Assembly: GCF_009914755.1 (NCBI RefSeq)
Contig: NC_060942.1
DNA length: 64,000 nt
Strand: one strand, 5' to 3'
DNA from: the human T2T-CHM13v2.0 reference genome, Homo sapiens
The notes below the pieces were generated by a model, which worked only from the letters and a program-made list of their open reading frames with translations, did not search any database and had not been told where the DNA came from. Made by a program: the position numbers and the translations under genes. This document shows positions 57,987 to 64,000 of this stretch, piece after piece. Numbering within the stretch: position 1 is the first letter of the stretch; each line of letters begins with the position of its first letter.

Positions 57987-58729
57987 TCATTTTTTTAAAA
58001 CTATGTTTTCAACTACTTGTTCTTGTCATTTTGCTTTTTGGAAACTCCTTTAATCAATACTGGTCATTTGTATATTTTTATGAAATTCATAGCTCTATAA
58101 GTATTTTCAAATTTATAGCTATATCTATCTGTATTACACAGATTTGAATATGATTATCCCTTAAAACTTATCTGCCTTTGCTGCATTGGCATTGTCTTGG
58201 TGTTCTAAACTGTCCCTCTTTGCATTTGTGTCTGTCTTTTCAAGCACTGGCTCTTGGATTGATTTATAAAGTCTGCTTAAAGTTCTGTTGTCCAGTTAGT
58301 TAATTAACTAGGTATAATAATGTGTCCAGTTATAACTGACTTATAATAATTAATAAGCTAAGAGGTAAAGCTGATTTTACAGTTTGTATTCTTGTACTGG
58401 AGCTCTTATATAAACTAACATCACTCTATTCTACATTTTATGATCTTTCTTTCTTATTCACTTTGCTCCAAACAGAAAATAAAAAATGATTTTGGATATT
58501 TTACCTACCATTTACAAACTTTTGTTCAAAGTTTTATCCTTTCTACATCAATTTTAAACAACAGATTTATATTTCCTGTGACTGTTTCTTTTTTGTTTTT
58601 ATATTTATTTTTATTGTCTTCTTAGATTAGAGGTTTTCATAGAGCTTCTTTAACAAGAAAATTCATAATAAAAACTATGTCCATTGCTTTTTTGCTTTAT
58701 TGATTAATTCATTCAAATTTAGTGTTTTT

Positions 58730-60070
58730 TTAAAATCAAGTTTATTTAGATAAAATGTGCATAACGTTAAACACACACACTTAGATGAGTTTTAACAAAA
58801 TGTATACCATCTTGTAACCACCTCCCATTCATGATATAGAACCTTTCCACATTTCATTAATCATCAAAAATGTTTCACATACAGCTTTCAATCTCACCTC
58901 TATCCCCTCATTCACTCAAACTCAGTACTGGTTCTGGGAGATCACAGATTAATTTCTATGACTATCTATTAATTTAACATATCCTATAATGTAATATAAT
59001 TAGAATTATACTCTTTTGTGACTTATTTTTACTCACACTTTGAGTCTTATCCATGTTGTTGTATTTGTCTATAATGTGTGGAATAATATTCTATTGTATG
59101 GCTATACCATAATTTGTTTATCCATTTATCTACTATGAACATTTAGTTTGTTTCCAGGTTTGGATATTATAAATAAATTTACTATTAAAATTCACAAACA
59201 CATCTTTTTGGTGGACAGATATTTTCATTTGGGGGTAAATGTCTAGGAGAAAAATTGCTAACTCATATGGTAAATATATGTTTAACTCTTTAAGGAACTG
59301 CCAAACTGTGTTCCAAATTAGTTGTTTAATATTATAATGTTACTACAGCAATGTATAAAACCTGTAGTTGCTTCAAATTCCCACAAACATTTGCTACTGT
59401 CAATTATTTTTTTAAATATTAGCCACTCTAACGGTGTATAGTGATATTTCATTGCATTTTAGTTTTCAATTCCCAGGTGAATAATGATATTTTGCACCTT
59501 GTCATGTCATTCATATGCCTCTTTTCATAAAGTGCCTCTGCAATATTTCAGCCCATTTAAGAAAGTAGTTAGTCATTTTCTTTTTATTGAAGTCTAAATG
59601 TTCTTGACATATTCTGGATGAAAATCTTTTGTTAGATATATGTATTTGAATAGTTTCTTCCACTCCATGAATTGCTTTGATGTTTACAATAGTGTTTTAA
59701 AGAGATTTTTATTTTGATGAATTTTAACTTATCACTTTTTTTTTGCTTGTTTCTTTTTGGTAGTTTTATGTATCTATTTTTATATCTAGGTTTATTATTT
59801 ATTTGTAGTTCATATTTTGTTTATGGTATGTGGGTAAAATTCAAAATTCATATTTTTTAATATATACAGTTATGTCAGCACCATTTCTTCTTAAAAAAAC
59901 TATAATTTTTCTCATTAAATTACCATAGTGTTATGGTTGAAAAATAGTTGATCATATAGATGTGAATCAATTTCTGTACTATTATTTTGTTTCATTAACT
60001 TGTATGTCTATTTCTAAGTAAACACAAACATTTTTTAAAGAATTTCTGAAACTTTATAGGAAGTCTTAAA
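58730..60070 (-). mobile_element. Old L1M (MB/ME-like) 3' UTR and ORF2 remnant
   Basis: taccataatttgtttatccatt, ggaactgccaaactgt, gatatttcattgcattttagtttt, gtcagcaccattt. Confidence 0.75.
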
Positions 60071-60484
60071 AGTTCTTTTTTTTTCTACACACATATTTTG
60101 TATTGTTTTTGTTAGAGCAATTTATATTTCTAACACATCCATTTTGTTCTTTCTTATAATTTTATTTCTTCTGTGAGTTTCCTGTTTTCTCATTTAAATC
60201 ATATTTTCCTTTAATGATTTAAGCACATTTTATAATATCTATTTTAAAGTGCTTGCCAAATGCAGTGTCTGGGTTATTTCAAGGTAGGTTTTTATTGATT
60301 ATCTTTTTTCTGAACTATGGGTCAATGTTTTTTATTTTTGTGGCATATCTAATTTTTATTGCATACAAGACAATGAAAATAGTATGTCATAGAGATTTTA
60401 GATTCTGTTACTTCCTCTGAATAATGTTGATTTTGTAGTAGGAAGTATAAATACTAAGTGATTACCTTGAACTATTGTGGACTT

Positions 60485-60990
60485 TTTTTTTCTTTTTTTT
60501 AATTATTATTATACTTTAAGTTTTAGGGTACATGTGCACAATGTGCAGGTTAGTTACATATGTATACATGTGCCATGCTCGTGTGCTGCACCCATTAACT
60601 CGTCATTTAGCATTAGGTATATCTCCTAATGCTATCCCTCCCCCTCCCCCCACCCCAAACAGTCCCCAGAGTGTGATGTTCCCCTTCCTGTGTCCATGTG
60701 TTCTCATTGTTCAATTCCCACCTATGAGTGAGAACATGCGGTGTTTGGTTTTTTGTCCTTGCGATAGTTTACTGAGAATGATGATTTCCAGTTTCATCCA
60801 TGTCCCTACAAAGGACATGAACTCATCATTTTTTATGGCTGCATAGCATTCCATGGTGTATATGTGCCACATTTTCTTAATCCAGTCTATCATTGTTGGA
60901 CATTTGGGTTGGTTCCAAGTCTTTGCTATTGTGAATAGTGCCGCAAGAAACATGCGTGTGAATGTGTCTTTATAGCAGCAAGATTTATAG
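60485..60990 (-). mobile_element. L1PA3 3' end (~500 bp) with 8-bp TSD
   Basis: L1PA3-type 3' UTR plus ORF2 C-terminus (ORF 60711-60953 MFLAALFTIAKTWNQPKCP...IGGN); TSD gtggactt at 60477-60484 and 60991-60998, followed by aa. Confidence 0.93.
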
Positions 60991-61056
60991 GTGGACTTAA
61001 TATAATGAATTGTTAGGGTGGAAAATGTAAAATATTTCTCAAATCTCTCTAACTAG

Positions 61057-61409
<353 letters not shown>

Positions 61410-63288
61410 TATTGTATGTCTTATAAGGGGATGGTTTCGATTTGGTTTCAGTGAATCTAAAGTAGGTCCTGTTTGGGAGTATGATTTGCTCCTTAAAGAA
61501 TTTTCAAGAGCCTCAGCTGAATCCCTAAAATGCTAATAGAGTACTATTACGTGTCTCCACTCTGTTTGAAAAAACAATTACTTCCAACATCACTAGACCA
61601 CTGTTATCTCTGTTCTGCTCACAACTTTATAAGCTATTCTTTGGTAACTCTCAAGGCTGCACAGGTGCTGCCCAGCTCTCAGCTGAAGACTCACACAGGA
61701 CCCAAACAAGTTTCTGGAGACTACCTTGCTGAATCCCTTCGTTCCCATTGCACTGTGGATCCCAACAGCTTTAGCCTCCCCTCATAACAAACCTTTGCTT
61801 CCTCAACCCAGTGTGACAGCTGTGTTAGTCCTGGATTCCAGCTCACTATGCTGTAGTCAATTAGCTTTTCTTCAAGAAAAGAACTGAAACAATTTGGGCG
61901 TCTATCCCCTCAGTTTTACTTCTCTCAGGATTTGTCATCTTATTGTACCTGTTTTCTGTGACTTTGGCTTTTTTTCTCTGGTCCCTAGGTTTCTAATCTA
62001 GAAAATGAAAGCTTTAATACTGATTAAAATTTAAGTTCTTTACCAGTTCTAATCTTTGATGAGTCTGGGATATATGCATTACCTTGTTTCCATATGTAAC
62101 ATTTGTTTTCCAGACTTTTCATTCCCTAAAGAGTTTGCAATAAAAGAATAAAATATATTTATCATGATAAACTATTCACAAACTATATAATCAACTTACA
62201 TAAAATATAAGGTAAAATAATAGACCACAACTCCTTGAAAGCTGTGTTTAAAATCAACAATTGAAGAGGAAGTTACTTTAAAAAATTATAAATTATTTCT
62301 GCTGACAATATCAGTATTCAATATTTCAGGCAATTATTCAGAAGGCAACACAGCTAAGAGGTTGAAGAAGCTTCTTCCCCAGTTACTTGAGTGCCCTTAG
62401 AATGGAATAGCAGAAAATGTCATAACCATAGTAATTCAGCCTCATTTATCCAAGAGTATAATCATCAGAGATGTTTTGCACCTGGATTCATACCTGGTAT
62501 TGGACTCACAATGAAGAAAATACCACCTAAATTATTCAAATATAATGACTTAAGCAATACATCAAAATGCACTACCTAGAAAGAATTTTTTTTTATAGCT
62601 GTTTCTCGGCAAAAAACAAACAAACAAAATAAAAAACAAGAACAAAACAAAACAACAACCCAAAGTGAATTTCTTTTTTAACAGTATTTCTATTTTAAAA
62701 ATGTAATCAATTTTATATATGTATAAAACTTTTTTACCACCATATGATGAAGTGAATATTTTTATGAAATAAAAACAATTAAATACTGCCACTACCTTGC
62801 TGAATATTGGAGAAATTCTTAGCAATTTCTGAGCACATTCAGTGATTAAATTATAAATAGATAAAGGAAGGTTAAAATGGTTGCATTTCAGTTTGGATGA
62901 TAAGAACTATGTTAACTTTCAAGAAAATTGGCAAATTGGCATTTTAACCAAGCTCCTTTTTCTATTTAATGTGCAGTTAACCACAGCATGTAGATAACAA
63001 GATCAGCCTCCTCTCTGAGTCATTTTTGGATTTGGGGGCTTATTTTTTTTTTTTCCAAGAGAGTTGACTATTTATTTACTCTCTAGAAGACTGAGTAAAA
63101 TAGGTTGCATTACCTTTCGTTCTAAATGTTAGTGTGTACATTCCATTATAGAATGAAGATTTCAGGGCTGGAAAAGTGGTAAGGCTTTCAAAAGATAAGA
63201 AGTCTCTGGAAGATTTGGAAATCATCCTAATCTCTCTTTGCAAAAGAGTAAAGTCCTTTTTCCTCTGTAATAGAAATTAGTTGTAATA

Positions 63289-63623
63289 AAGTTGTCCCTC
63301 AGTATCCACGGGGGATTGTTTCCAGGACCCCCTCAGCCTCCTCCCTGTGGTTACCAAAATTCATGGATGTTCAAGGCTCTCATATAAAAGGGCATTGTAT
63401 TTGCATATAGCCTAAGCACATTGTCTCATATACATTAAATCACCTTTAGATTACTTGTAATGCCTAGTACTATGTAAATGTTATATAAAGAGTTGTTATA
63501 CTTTATTGCTTTTTTATTTGTATTATTTTTATTGTATTGTTATTTTTAAAATTTTTAAAACATATTTTTGACCTGTGGTTGGTTGAATTCAGTGATGCAA
63601 AACCCAAAGTTATGGAGGATATG
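63289..63623 (+). mobile_element. MER2 (TcMar-Tigger MITE)
   Basis: gtccctcagtatccacgggggattgtttccaggacccc...tatttgcatatagcct...gtggttggttgaattc. Confidence 0.85.
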
Positions 63624-63624
63624 T

Positions 63625-64000
63625 ATTCAAAATGTGGACTAAGCAAAGGTATAGACAAATAAATTAATGTGACAAAATAGAGCCCATAAGTAGGCCCATA
63701 TAGATATAGTCAATTGTTTTTGACAAGAAAACAAAGACAGCATACAATGACAACAAGGTAGTCTTTTCAAGAAATGGTTAGAACAACTGGACATACACTT
63801 GCAATAAAAAAATGAATTTAGACATGGGTCTTGAAGTCTTCACAAATATTATTTCAAGATGAACCATAAACCTGAATGTAAATCAAAGCTATAAAATTCC
63901 TTGAAGACAGAATAGGGAAAAATCTAGATGACTTTGGATTTGTTGGTCACCTTTTAGATACAATACCAAAGGCATGATCCATGAAAGAATTAAGTTGACA
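63625..64000 (+). mobile_element. Old L1M ORF2 fragment (runs off the window)
   Basis: aaaatagagccc...tagtcttttcaagaaatgg...gaacaactggacat...ctataaaattccttgaagac. Confidence 0.8.

Overview
AT-rich, CpG-depleted primate non-coding DNA, intronic or intergenic. An L1PA2-type insertion points to a great ape (probably human). No protein-coding gene, RNA gene or processed pseudogene can be supported. The ORF track is chance ORFs and Alu/L1/LTR translations. The window is dominated by transposable elements: 8 Alu/FRAM copies, three young 5'-truncated L1PA2/3 copies, older L1M/L2/MIR, solo LTRs (MER50, LTR8, MER4, MLT2A1, THE1A, MST/MLT1, MER31-like) and DNA transposon fossils (MER58A, MER63A, MER94, Tigger3b, MER2). 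I found no new gene system. The notable signals are rearrangement footprints: (1) an L1PA3 carrying an apparent 62-bp 3' transduction with its own poly(A) signal inside a 12-bp TSD (57709-57996); (2) an 8.7-kb composite MER61-type ERV1 locus with two ~3.1-kb internal segments joined through a truncated Alu and bounded by non-matching LTRs (16206-24911); (3) a ~125-bp templated-insertion/fold-back scar (48602-48727); (4) a mosaic local duplication (43454-43752) matching sites 1 kb upstream and 4 kb downstream; (5) a perfect 76-bp tandem duplication. Family names come from my recall of consensus sequences, and the boundaries of old elements are approximate.
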